Assembly: GCF_030144855.1 (NCBI RefSeq)
Contig: NC_082720.1
Coordinates: 39,742,001 to 39,806,000, forward strand
Source: Hypanus sabinus
Taxonomy: Eukaryota
Reading direction: 5' to 3'
Length of the DNA: 64,000 bases
Every line of letters begins with the position of its first letter. Position 1 is the stretch's first letter. Shown here one piece after another: positions 11,032 to 23,890 of the stretch. The notes beneath the pieces were generated by a model. That model searched no databases and had not been told where the DNA came from. It was given only the letters and a program-made list of their open reading frames with translations. A program made the translations under genes and the position numbers.

Positions 11032-12257
11032 AACAACTCCTTATTTGGAAATGCAGAAATGCACTCCAGCAGATTACCTGAGGAGTCTTTGTGTCCTCTT
11101 TAAAAAACTAATCAAGTCCAGCATGTCAAGCTCACAAAATGGAGAATCGAGTGTCTTCACAAAATGGCAGCCTCCATCCCCCAAGCACATGGCAAGAACA
11201 AAGACTATTTCCACTGTCCTTCATTCATTTGAATTCACTGATTTGAAGATTGTCATTCTTTCTGGCCAACACTACAATTTTACCACTGCTGCTCTATCAT
11301 TTGCTTTGAAGGAATATAGGTCCACTATGGTTAGAGGATCAGTCGCCATCTCTTCCTCATCTACCAAAAACTTGTTACTACATCTGAAAATGTGAGTGCT
11401 TATTCTAGCTACGCACATGCTGGTATATACTGTGAAGATCACTGGAATGACTACCACCAATAATACCAACCATAATTTATTTTGTCTTTAAAAAGTACAA
11501 ATTAGGCTTATATCAACTCTATTTTGTGCATTTCAAACACAGCACCAAGAGACATGATGAAATACAAAGACATTCAAAAATATAATTAGCTTTGTCTACT
11601 GCAGAAACCATAATAATGAGCAGGCAGTAAAAATTCTATTTGGATCCTAGGTCTCATTTTCCAGTGCCATCTAATTTAACTCCCAAAGATTTATACACCA
11701 TTCAAAATGTTCAGCTGAGAAATAAAATAAAGAAATTAGCAATTTGGAATCTTTTCCCTCATTAATAGCATGCTGTTAAACTTGTATAGTCATTTTAGTT
11801 TGCAGCTATACCTTTATGTTAAGCACTTTGTAAAAGAAAAGTTGAAGAGTCTAATCTAATCTAGTACTGCATTAGAGTGGTAGAAACAAAAACCTGGGCA
11901 GTTAAAGGGCTCGATACTTGTGAATATGAAACATGTTTTTAACTATGGTCTCCTGACATTGTGTAGGCATCTCAAAATCATAAATTAGCAATGAAGTGTA
12001 CTGGAAACATTCCAAATCTTGAACTGGTATCCCTAATTTTATCTTTCATTCAGCATGTGCTCAACAAATGTAACTATTCCATCTTCCACATAATTATACA
12101 TGTAATTTGATTTATACATCCTGATCTGGTTGAGGAAACACTGAGAATATATTGTTCATATCTCTTATTTCTACAATAATTTGAACACAGAATGATACGT
12201 ACAATATAAGTACAATCTAAATTTAATTGATTTTTCATCAGTCTGGTCTATCAGTCA

Positions 12258-13270
12258 GTTGGCCACCAGTGGAGTACCTCAGGAATCTGTTCTGGGACCC
12301 TTACTCTTTGTGACTTTTATAAATGACCTGGATGAGGAAGTAGAGGGATGGGTTAGTAAGCTTTGCTGATGACACAAAGGTTGAAGATGTTGTGGATAGT
12401 GTGGAGGGCTGTCTGAGGTTACAGCGGGACATTAATAGGATGCAAAACTGGGCTGAGAAGTGGCAGATGGAGTTCAACCCAGATAAGTGTGAAGTGGTTC
12501 ATTTTGGTATGTCAAATATGATGGCAGAATATGGTATTAATGGTAAGACTCTTGGTAGTGTGGATGATCAAGGGGATCTTGGGGTCTGAGTCCATAGGAC
12601 ATTCAAAGCAGCTGCGCAGGTTGACTCTGTGGTTAAGAAGGCATATGGTGTATTGGCCTTCATCAATCATGGTATTGAACTTAAGAGCTGAGAGGTAATG
12701 TTGCAGGTATATAGGACCCTGATCAGACCCCACTTGGAGTACTGTGCTCAGTTCTGGTCACCTCACTACAGGAAGGACGTGGAAACTGTAGAAAGGGTGC
12801 AGAGGAGATTTACAAGGATATTGCCTGGATTGGGGAGCATGCTTTATGAAAATAGGTTGAGTGAACTTGGCCTTTTCTCCTTGGAGTGATGGAGGATGAA
12901 AGGTGACCTGATAGAGATGTATAAAATGATGAGAGGCATTGATCATATGGATAGTCAGAAGCTTTTTTCCAGGGTTGAAATGGTTGCCACAAGAGAACAC
13001 AGGTTTACGGTGCTGGGGAGTAGGTACAGAGGAGATATCAGGGGTAAGTGTTTTACTTAGAGAGTGGTGAGTGTGTGGAATGGGCTGCCAGCAACAGTGG
13101 TGGAGGCAGATATGATATGGTCTTTTAAGAGACTTTTGGGCAAGTACATGGAGCTTAAAAAAATAGAGGGCTATAGGTAAGCCTAGTAATTTCTAAGGTA
13201 GAGACATGTTCGGCACAACTTTTTGGGCTGAAGGGCCTGTATTATGTTGTAGGTTTTCTATGTTTCTATG
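12258..13270 (+). mobile_element. CR1 LINE, 5'-truncated
   Basis: SGVPQESVLGP, WAEKWQMEFNPDKCEVVHFG and YRTLIRPHLEYCAQFWSPHY motifs; (TTTCTATG)n tail. Confidence 0.92.
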
Positions 13271-13945
13271 ATATTAGTCAAATTCAAATTGGTCCTGAAA
13301 ATGAGTCTATAAACTGCTGTGTTGTTTCAACAAAAGTCAATTGAAACTAGCTATATTACTTCATATTCTTTATAAAGTCAAGACTTTAACTTATTTTAAA
13401 AGGTAGTGGATAAGATAATACTTCATGAATATATTAAGATATCATATGTCAAAAATCACACGAGTGTATCATGCTTCTATTTGTTAATAATTTCACTTTT
13501 TGCAAAAACTAAATCACCAACGCATTTATTTGGAAGACAACCTTTTAGTGGAATGCTTTGCCTGATTGCAGTGAAATTCAGTCATGCATTTAACTTCACT
13601 GTTTGCAACACAATAATCATTGTTAACAATGTACAGGAGAACAAGTTATTCAGCTAGAGGTACATTGTAACTAAGCCATGCTGCTGGCAAGAGATTATTT
13701 TCACACATGCTCTGTTGAATTATAAAAATTGTTGACATTACTCCATGGTCACATTGATAGATTAATCACATTATCAACATTAACAACCTACCTAAGGTAG
13801 AACTAAAGCCAAACTACAGTCCTTGATGTTGAGGAAGGAAGCATTATGCTTTTGATGTTGGTTCAAAAATTTAACTTCTGGATTGTTATACATTTTAACT
13901 CTTTTATGAAATTGATAAAATTCATCAAAATTCTGTTGAATTTAC

Positions 13946-13984
13946 CTGAAACGACGCTTGAAACACCTTCTTTGGTTTTGGACC
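13946..13984 (-). CDS. sncb: Beta-synuclein, second coding exon (39 nt)
   Basis: tcttctctcag|GG TCC AAA ACC AAA GAA GGT GTT TCA AGC GTC GTT TCA G|gtaaat = (G)SKTKEGVSSVVS; phase 1-1; absent from the ORF track. Confidence 0.9.
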
Positions 13985-14439
13985 CTGAGAGAAGATTGAA
14001 TATAAATATCATTACTTTTATGAGTTTTTGTGGAACCATCATTGTTTTCTCAGATTATTTTATTTGCTAATATTTATTGCTGCATGCCTCCATGATATTG
14101 TTAGCTTTATAGGCAGTGACACTGAAGTGAATGCGTTGGATGTATACATAGAAATATATACATGGATGTACACAGGATATATCCTTGGAAAAAGGATATA
14201 CTTTGCAGGGTTATAGAGAGTGCCATATGGCAGGTCCATCTGCTCAGCGGAAATAAGACCTTTGAGACTGAATCAGACTGCAGCAAATAACGAGAGCAGC
14301 TTTGGAAGAATACAATATTCTCTCGAGAATAAATATAAATGTTTTTTTTTGCAACTGCTCCTATTAGTTTGAATTTGGAGTATTAATTAAACACGCTTTA
14401 GTATATCATACATATGCCAACTATAGAAGTCACTTATCA

Positions 14440-14664
<225 letters not shown>

Positions 14665-14859
14665 TCAGCAGAGCACTGCAGAATAAACATCAACTAAATC
14701 TGATTTAATCACCCCTAAACATAGAAGGTAATAGGCATCGACAAACAATTTTTTTACAAACATACTGACCTCTGTCAGACTGGATAATAATGGATTGGGA
14801 CAGATTTTTATCAAAACACCATGAAGAGGGGGGTGCTTTCAGATTAAATGAGGAGAGAG

Positions 14860-15300
14860 ATCATCCTGCTCCGCCGCGATGATGGCACCGATAGACTGAC
14901 CTGTCAGCTTACTGCTCCTGTGGTGTTGTCTGCAGACTGCTCCCTCAAAGCTCCCGTCTTCTCCGTATCTATCGCTCTTCGGAAAGCGCCTGTGATTTCA
15001 TCAAAGTGCCGTGTAACCACACACGGACACTCACTCACACATCCTCCCCTTTCTAGGTATGTAATTCCCCTAAGAGGGGATACATCATTTTCACCGAAGA
15101 TCTCGCGTCTTTGCCGTTACCACGACTTCAATTTTTTCCCCCCAATGTGTCGAACGGGATTGCGGTGTAACGGTTGAGCAACCTTCAGCTTTCTTTTTTT
15201 TAAACATATTTGAAAATGTTCCTCTCTCAAACCCGACGACATTTCGCACACAAGGATGCTGAAGTGTGCGAAAGAAACATCTATTGGTTAACGGAGCTAG
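14860..15300 (-). promoter_or_regulatory. sncb: Probable sncb promoter / non-coding first exon region
   Basis: Local CpG enrichment just upstream of the first coding exon; candidate minus-strand donors at about 14912 (gtaagc) and 14900 (gtcagt). Confidence 0.45.
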
Positions 15301-15529
15301 TTCTGTAAAGCATTATGATAACAATGCTTGGGTGACATAAAGAACACGCTTATACTTTAAGATTAAACACCCATAGAAAATAAGAAAATAACATGCAGAA
15401 AATGATCAGCAGGTCAGGCAGCATTTTTGGAGAAAGACTCTACATTGAACCTGTGGAACTTAGGGAACTTTAATGCCTTACTTATTTTTCCAACAAATGC
15501 TTGCAACTTGTTGGTAAATTACATAGTTT

Positions 15530-16010
15530 ATGAAAATCACGACAGCACAGGAACAGGCATTTTGGCCCGCCATGATGTCAATCTAAATTGATCCCTTCTG
15601 CCTGCACGTGATCAACATGTTTCTTTTCCTTGCATGGTCGTCCAGCTGCCTAAATGCCCCTTAATCACTGCTATCACGTGGACTTCTCTCACCTACCACT
15701 CTGAGGGGTAAAATCTGCCTGGCAAATTTCCTTTTAACTTCCCTCCTCTCACGTTAAACTTACGTACTCCTGTACATGACATTTGAACCTGGGAAAAAGA
15801 CTCTGACAATCTACCTTATCCATGTTTCTTATAAGTTTATATATTTTTAGCATATCACCCCTCAGCCTCCAACATTCTGGAGAACTGAATACAATACTCC
15901 CAATGTAGCTTAAGGAAAGTCTTATACAGCTGAAATATGACTTCCCAACTTTCATACTCAATGCTCCCACCTATAAAGGCAAGCCTGTTATATGCCATAG
16001 TACCACCTTA
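15530..16010 (-). mobile_element. CR1 LINE 3' fragment
   Basis: RLRGDMLKIYKLIRNMDKVD..LFP ORF2 C-terminal motif; ends approximate. Confidence 0.75.
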
Positions 16011-16199
16011 TCTAGGTGTTGAGTCCTGGGCTGGACACCCTGCTCACTTAAGAAAGGTGAAGAGTCTTCCATGGCCTCTCCTTTACAGGTGTAGTGATCG
16101 CTGCAGGACCACTGCCAGGTTTGCCCTGCAGGAGATCACTTGCATATGGCCTCTCCTCTACTACTATGCCATAGGAACACCCTTACTTGGTGTTCCTGA

Positions 16200-17032
16200 T
16201 CTTACTGATTTTGCTATTTCATGGCACAACCGAGTGTCCAGGCTGGGCTTATCAGCCTTGGTTAGCAGTCAGCCTCTGAGAAGGACAGCTCTGATTCCAA
16301 GCCTGGGTCCTGACAAAGGGTCCCGACCCAAAACGTTGACTGCTCCTTTCAACGGATGCTGCCCGACCTGCTGAGTTCATCCAGCTTTTTTGTACGTCTT
16401 GGGTAGATGGGACTTGTTAGCCTTGCTAGGCAGTCTGTGTAGGAGAAGAAAAAGGCCGTTACTCAACCTACAGCCTTGTGGTCACCATAGCTGTCGCAGC
16501 TCACTGTGCCATTGTGGAACAACCCCGGCCTAAAGAGTGGAACTGGTCCATGTGCACTGATCCGCACCATGAACCTGGTGGGAAGAAAAGTCCTACAGCA
16601 ATGGACATATTCCCTCCTGAGCATCGCAAGTGAGGAACTAGCCATCATCATCGTCTACATGTAGGGTGGTGGGGGCCAACCAAAGGAGGTGTAAGATGCT
16701 CCTTACCTCCACTAGCCTGCAGGTCACCCTTGGCCAAGGTGTTGCACCTGCTTAGCCTCTCGATCAAGGTCATGTGAAGTCATGGGAGCAGGCTGAGGAA
16801 GGTCATATGAGCAGCTGGTGCATCTCACAATTTCTGATTATGTGGCAACTGATGCCAGGCTGACAATCTCCAAAGAGTATTGGTAGTAGCTGGTGTCACC
16901 TGTCTTGTAAAGACACTGCTCAGAAGAAGGCAATGGCAAACTACCTCTGTAGAAACATTTGCCAAGAGAAATCATAGTCAGCAGATAGAAGACCATGATC
17001 GTCCTCGTCATGCAACACATAATGATGATGAC
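16200..17032 (+). mobile_element. RTE-related UTR/SINE-like fragments containing a short Penelope end (16305-16400)
   Basis: GAAGGCAATGGCAAAC motif typical of RTE/BovB-related elements, (ATG)n tail; ends approximate. Confidence 0.45.
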
Positions 17033-17665
17033 AATCTACATGTGTTGCCACTTTCAGGGAAATATGGACTTGCATTTCAATTTCCCTCTGCACATCAAAG
17101 CTCTGAAGAGTCTTGCCAAAACCAATATCTTTTACTCTTGCATTTGATCTCCTGAAATGCATCACATCACCTTTGTCTAAATCAGAATCAGAAACAGCAT
17201 CAAGTTTATTGTCACTGATACCAGTTGTGAAATCTGTTGTTTAGTTGTAGCAGCACCACACAGGCGTAACAAATTACTATACATTCAGTGGCTACTTCGT
17301 TAGGTACACCTGTACACCTGCTTATTAATGCAAATATCTAGTCAGCCAATCATGTGGCAACAACACAATGCATGAAAGCACGTAGACATAGTCAAAAGGT
17401 TCAGTTTTTGTTTAGATCAGACATCAGAGTAAGGAAGAAATGCGATCTAAGTAACTTCAACTGTGGAATGATTTTGGGTGCCAGATAAGGTGGTTTGGGT
17501 GTATCAGAAACAACTGATCTTCTGGGATTTACATATGCAACAGTCTTTAAGAGTTTACAAAGAACGGTGCAAGGAACAAAACAAAATCCAGGAAGTGACA
17601 GATTTGTGGGCGAAAATACCTTGTTATTGAGAGAGGTCAGAGGAGCACGGCTAGAATGTTTAAAC

Positions 17666-18956
17666 CAGGCATGGGCAAACTACAGCCCACGGGCCATATG
17701 CGGCCCGTTAAGCTTTTTAATCTGGCCCGCAGAACTTGATGAAATTATATTAATAAACCTTGTTAACGTTTTATCCCCGCAATTCTGGCGTTTTCCCAAT
17801 AGATGACACACTCTATATACATTTGTGGCGACCCATTTCCTGGCACATCCGAACCGGCTCACAATTAGCCAGCGTTCCGGCTAAGGGAGATAGCCTGCGG
17901 GGATTTGCGAGCACAGAGCTTTGGAGCCTCTGCGCCACAGGGGGCAGGTTGAGGGAGGCTTAAAAGTGAGGCTGGGGATTTTGAATAAAGTTTTTTTCTT
18001 CGACTGCAGTTACCGACTCTGTGTCGTAATTTTAGCGCTGCATGTAGCACACTGCTACACATTGACCTTTGTTGAGGTGCAGCGTATTACTCCACATTTG
18101 CGCTTTACTCTTTGTTCGGCTCGACCTATTTGTGTGAACAGGCGTTCTGCGTCATGAACATCAACAAAGTCAGCCACAGATCCAAGTTAACTCACCAACA
18201 CCTCAGATCCATCCTGAGAATCGCCACAACAAAACTAAATCCAGACTTTGATGCGCTGGCTAAAAAGGGAGACCAACAACACTGTTCCCACTGAAATTAA
18301 AAATAAGTTTCTTCGTTGTGTTATGTAAAAAATGCATTTGAAAATATTTTTTTCAATAAGCCTTACATGTTACATGTCATTTCTGTTAAGTGATGGACAT
18401 GAGTAGTGCGCAGGTGCACGTACGTTCTCAAAATAAAAAGTGCGCTCCAGATCAAATAACGCGCTCCGCATACTGGCGCGCTCTCACTGTTCTGTCCTTG
18501 TGCTGGTCATTGTTGAGTTTTGGCACAGGGGACAATTGAATAAGAAGGAGCAGGACAAGTAGACCTGCATCTCCTACCTTTTTTGAAATAAAGACAGGCA
18601 GGAGGAGAGTGATGATGATAATATCTTGAAGGATAACAGAATTTTCAGTGCTTTAAAATAATAACTGTTACTATTAAAAAAAGCTGTATTTTATTCATTT
18701 AATTTTCAGTGTTTTAAAAGTCATTTCAATAAATAGCTAAATACCATGGGACTTCAAAGACAGATATTTTGTTGTAATGCATTTGTTCATTTTCTATTGA
18801 AATTAAAGCACATGTTTTCTACAAATCCCATGATATTTTATTTTCTCTTATGAGGTGTATTACCAAAACACTCCATCCATCTGCTCCTGGTCCGGCCCCA
18901 CTGTCAAATTTTAGAACCCTTTGTGGCCCACAAGTCAAAAAGTTTGCCCACCCCTG
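17666..18956 (+). mobile_element. hAT (Charlie/SPIN-like) deletion derivative
   Basis: TIRs CAGGCATGGGCAAACT / AGTTTGCCCACCCCTG; perfect 8-bp TSD GTTTAAAC (17658-17665, 18957-18964); dimerisation-domain remnant FGSTYLCEQAF...HRSKLTHQHLRSILRI at 18112-18294. Confidence 0.93.
17824..18059 (+). mobile_element. Solo LTR related to the 136-4351 Gypsy element (236 bp)
   Basis: Aligns end to end with the reverse complement of 136-349, with about 22 extra bp; TG...CA ends; 4-bp TSD CATT (17820-17823, 18060-18063). Confidence 0.93.
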
Positions 18957-19344
18957 GTTTAAACTGATGGGAAGGCGACAGTAACTCAAGTAACCACATG
19001 TTACAGCAGGGGTGTGCAGAGAACAGCATTTCTGATAATACAATACATCAAACCTTAAAGTGGATAGGCCACAGCAGCAGAAGAACACTAATTATAGGGG
19101 TACCTAATAAGGTGGCCACTGAGTTTAAATGACAATAATAAATAAATAGATAATGCTGAAGAGGAATAGTGATCTCGTTTTCATGGACCATTCAGAAATC
19201 TGATGGCAGAGGGGAAGAAGCTCTTTCTTAAATATTCAGTGTGAGTCTTCAGGTTCATGTACCTCCTCCCTGAAGGTAGTAATGAGAAAAGGGTATATTC
19301 TGGATGGCGAGAGTCCTTATTGATGGTCCTTAAAGTTCATTTAC

Positions 19345-20480
19345 TATTTCTCTGTCCAAATTTCCCACTGATTTATGTTCTGCTGCATTCCTTAACAACC
19401 TTCTTTGCCATCCACAACTCCAACAATTTTATTAATCAAGTCACCTATGTTTTCATCTGATCTGTGAATATGCTGTACGTTCCAAATAACAGAGGTCCTA
19501 GCACTGATTCTCATTGAATATCAATGGTCTCAAACCTCCAGTCAGAAAACACCCCTATTCCTTCTTTGACCAAGCCAAATTTGGATCCGATTTACAACTG
19601 ACAGTGGATCCCATGTGATTTAATCATCTGGATCGACACACCATGAGGGACCCTTGTCAAATGTTCACTAAATTCCCTGAAAATAACACCCACTGCCTTA
19701 CCCTCCTTTTCGTGACTTCCTCAAAAAGTCAAACAAATTTGTGAGTCAGGACACATCCCACAAAAGCAACACTGACCATCCCTAATCAGTTCATTATTTT
19801 CCTGTCCCTAAGAACCTGCCACAATCATTTCCTTACTACCGATGTAAAGCTGATAGGCATAAAATTACCCAGTTTGTCTCTGTAGCTCTTTTTAAACAAA
19901 ATGACACCACTGGCTATTCGCCAGTCTTCTGGCATTTCACCTGTGCCTAAAGAGGATAAAAAGATCTCTGTCAAAGCTCCAGCAATCTTTTCCTTTGCTT
20001 CCCACAGTATTTTAGAATAGATTCCTTTAAGCCCTACAGAATTATTAAGCTTAATGCTTTTTTTAAAGCACTGAAGATCTGCAAAATACTCCAGTAAGAA
20101 TATACCCAGTTCCTCATTTCACCATGTCCTTCTCCTGCGCAAATACTAAATTGAATTACTCATTAAAGTTTCCATGCACTCCCTTTAGCTTCACAAGTAC
20201 TGTAAATTTCCTTCCTTGCCCTTGGCTTTACATACCCTTTCCTTAGATACCCTTTTGCTCTTAATACAGATATACAATGCCTTGGGATTCTGCTTAATCC
20301 TACTTGCTGTGACCCCTTTTAGCCCTCCTAGTTTTTGGCTTAAGTTCTTTTCTGCTTCCTTTATTTTTTTTTTCCCAAGGACCTTGTATGAATTGAGCTT
20401 CCTAAACTTTCATATGCATTCTTTCTCATTTAGACTAAACTTACAAATATATATTGTCATCAAGGTACACAAACCTTGCT
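19345..20480 (-). mobile_element. Old CR1-like LINE internal fragment
   Basis: Degenerate minus-strand RT-region similarity to the other CR1 copies; ends approximate. Confidence 0.55.
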
Positions 20481-20499
20481 ATCCTTATTTTTATTATTT

Positions 20500-21200
20500 T
20501 TTTTATTTATTCATTTATGGGATGTGGCCAGCTAAGCCAGCATTTATTGCCCATTACTAGTTGCCCTTCAGAAGGAGGTGATGAGCTGTCTTCTTGAACT
20601 GCTGCAGTCCATGTGCTGTAGGTATGCCCACAGTGCTGTTGGGGACAGAACTGCATGATCTTGACCCAGTGACAGTGAAAGAACAGTGATATGTTTCCAA
20701 TCAGGATGGTGAGTGACTTGGAGGGGGTTTTCCAAGTAGTAGTGTTCCCAAGTATCGGCTGTTCTCGTCCTTCTAGATGGTAGAGATCGTGGATCTTGAA
20801 GGTGCTACCTGAGGAACTTGTGTTGATACAGTGCATCTTGTGGATAATACACACTGTTGCAACTGTTCGTCGATGGTGGAGGGATTGGACGCTTGTGTAA
20901 GGGGTACCAGTCAAGTGTGCTGGCTTGTACTGGGTGGTGTCAAGCTTCTTGAGTGTTGATGGAGCTATTGATGGAGTGTTGAGTATTCCATTACACTCCT
21001 GACCTGAGCCTTGTGGATGGACAGGTTTTGGGGAGTCAGGAGGTGAGTTACATGCAGCAGGATTCCTAGCCTTTAACCTGCTCTGGTAGCCACAGTGTTT
21101 ATATGGCTAAATCAGTTCAGTTTCCTGTCAATGGTAACCCTCAGGATGTTGATAGTAGGGGGATTGAGTGTTGGTGATGCCACTGAATGTCAAGGGATGT
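20500..21200 (-). mobile_element. CR1/L2-group LINE 3' fragment
   Basis: QSLHHRRTVATVCIIHKMHC C-terminal motif and an (AATAA)n-type tail. Confidence 0.65.
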
Positions 21201-21299
21201 ATCTTTTGTTCTCACAGGAATGTGCTGGTCATGAACCTCCAATCAGTTGGTTATATAATAGACAGAGAATAAGTTCATCCAAGATTACAATAAGATTAT

Positions 21300-22130
21300 G
21301 ATCAACTGGGCAAGTAGGCCAAGCAGTGGTAGTTGGCATTTAATTCAGATAAGCATGAGATGTTGCTTGCATTGTGACAACGAACACCAAGTTAGGACTT
21401 ACACTCTAAACTATAAGGCCTTGGGGAGTGTTGTGGAACAGAGAGATCCATGAGGACAGACACATAGTTTCTCGGAAGTGCAGACACAGGTAGACAGGGT
21501 GGAGAAGGTGGCATTTGCCTGCTTGCCTTCAGTACCCTTTTTTTTTAGGGTACTGAGTACAGGAGCTGGAGCACCATGTTACAGCTGTACAAAACATTGG
21601 TAAGGCTAATTTGAAGGACATACTGTTTATTGTTCTGCTTATTGAAAGGACATTATTAAACTGGAAAAGTGCAAAAAAAAATTACAACAATGTTACCGGG
21701 ACTGGAGGGGTTAACTTTCAAAAAGTGGCTGGATAAGCTAGGACTTTTCACCCTGGAGTACTGGAAACATAAAGTTTATAAAATCGTGAGAGGTATAGAT
21801 AAGGCGAATACTGATAGTCTCCCCCCCAGGAAATGGGAGACCAAAATTAAAGCATATAGGTTTAAGGTGAGTTGAGATGATTTAAAAGGGACTTAAAGGG
21901 CAATTTTTTTTTTAATGGAGAAGATGTTATGTATATGGAATGAGTTACGTGGTTGAGAGTGGTACAATTATGACATTCAAAAGAGTACATTTGGACAGGA
22001 GTATCAATGTGAAAGATTTGGAGGGACTGCAGCCAATGCAAGCAAATGGGAGTAGTTCAGTTAGGCAATTTGGCTGGCATAGATAAATTGGGCTGAAGGA
22101 TCCGTCTTCCATGTTGTATCCTTTCTGAGT
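21300..22130 (+). mobile_element. CR1 LINE fragment
   Basis: MLPGLEGLTFKKWLDKLGLFTLE...VYKIVRGIDK motif. Confidence 0.8.
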
Positions 22131-23009
22131 CCACGCTATAAAAATACCACTGCATAATAGCAGGTAATAATTTTTGTAAGTATGTTCACTTTCATTACAA
22201 AAGAGACCTTTTGTAATGCTTTGGAAATGATTTATATGATGTTTTCTACTTAACATCAATTGCTCACTCACCCTATAGGCTTGATGTCCAACCTTCACCT
22301 CAAGGACAAGTAGCCTTTTGAGGCTAATTTAATGTTCTGTTCATCTTCCAGACAGCCTGCCTATAAGTTCCACATAGGCACCTTTAGCCTGAATTTTCTA
22401 GTTGCAGAATCTGCAAAACTCCCAGCATTCTAGTTCCTCAGAAAATAAAATAATCCAGTTTCCTAAAGACCTAAACAACATCCATGCAGGGGCAGATACC
22501 CATCACACAAATGAAAGGAAAAGATCATCTCCAATATGAGGGAGTCTAACAACATACCCATGCTATTCAGTAGATTACCACTGCCCAAGTGAACCAGCAT
22601 TAACATCTCGAACTAGATAAGCCGCATAAGTATTGTGGCTATGAGGGCAAATCAGTACCTGGCTGTAAGGAACTCATCCCCAGAAATGTTCCAGCCTTTC
22701 CATAAAGGCACTTTCCCAGATGCAGCTCCCACAACTCCCAAGAAGCTCATCACCATCCGGGACAAAGTGACTTACTAGACTGTTCCAACACTAAACATTC
22801 ATTTCCTCCATCACTGGCTACAGTGTGTGCTATCAGCAAAATAAACAACAGTACTCATTGAGGTAACGCTGACAGTGGTTCTCAAATCAATAACCTGGGA
22901 GGACGAGAGCTGCAGGCATGCAGAATCCACCAGAAATGTATCACAAAGCAATCGTGCTATTTCTCAAAGCAATTCCATTAATCCCATTGCCACAATTATT
23001 TCCTGGCAG

Positions 23010-23890
23010 ACTATTCACTCACACATAGAGTCAGGGATACAGGCCTGTCAGCCCAGTGAGTCCATGACAACAATGGTTCCACCCAACTAGTCCCAATTTC
23101 TTACATTCATCCTAATATCCCTCTGTCACTCCATGTACCTATCCAAGTGCTTCTTGAATGATACTATTGTACCTGCCTCAGCCACTTCATCTGGTAGTTT
23201 GTTCCATATTTTCTACACCTTCTATGTGAAAAAGTTGCCCCTCATGTTCCATTTGACCCTCAATCTAGGTCTCCTTTTCTTGGTCTCTCCCTGCTCTGGG
23301 AAAAGACTGATACAATCCATCTTATTTATACCTCTCATAATTTTACACATTTTTATGTGGTTGCCTTAATTCCCCTATATACTAAAAAACACAGATACAT
23401 AGAAACATAGAAAACCTACAGCATAATACAGGCCCTTCGGCCCACAATATTGTACCAAACATATCCCTACCTTAGAAATTACTAGGCTTACCTATAGCCC
23501 TTTATTTTTCTAAACTCCATGTACCTATCCAAAAGTCTCTTAAAAGACCCTATCGTATCCACCTCCACCACTGTTGCCGGCAGCCCATTCCATGCACTCA
23601 CCACTGTCTGAGTAAAAAACTTACCTCTGACATCTCCTCTGTACCTACTCCACAGCACTTTAAACCTGTGTCCTCTTGTGGCAACCTTTTCAGCCCTGGG
23701 AAAAAGCCTCTGACTATCCACAAGATCAATGCCTCTCATCATCTTATACACCTCTATCAGTCTAGTCAATCTCTTCATATAACTCAGGCCCTCTAGCCCT
23801 GGCAATTTCCTCATAAATCTTTCTGTATTCTTTCTAGTTTAACCGCATCTTTCCTATTACAGAGTGACTAAGACAAAATAATACTCCTAA
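23010..23890 (-). mobile_element. Two nested CR1 3' fragments (younger one at about 23398-23762)
   Basis: LIEVYKMMRGID...TRGHRFKV...KFFTQ motifs; CATAGAAA tail from the same subfamily as 12258-13270. Confidence 0.8.

Larger units (their letters stand above)
17282..19125 (+). mobile_element. Tc1/mariner non-autonomous element, interrupted by a hAT
   Basis: Imperfect TIRs CATTCAGTGGCTACTTCGTTAGGTAC ... GTACCTAATAAGGTGGCCACTGAGT with TA flanks; transposase-like sequence continues across the hAT. Confidence 0.8.
17180..19325 (-). mobile_element. Rex1/Babar-like LINE 3' end, split by the nested insertion 17282-19125
   Basis: AATCAGAATCAG tail at 17180; 19185-19320 resembles 44560-44690, which follows the same tail at 44349. 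Confidence 0.65.

Noticed and set aside
14905-14935. Possible REST/RE1 silencer near the sncb promoter
   Set aside because: Only a partial match (GTGGTG) with too many mismatches to the 21-bp consensus.
16200-16520. Possible HDV-like ribozyme in RTE-type 5' UTR repeats
   Set aside because: I could not assemble the nested double pseudoknot by eye and the sequence is decayed.
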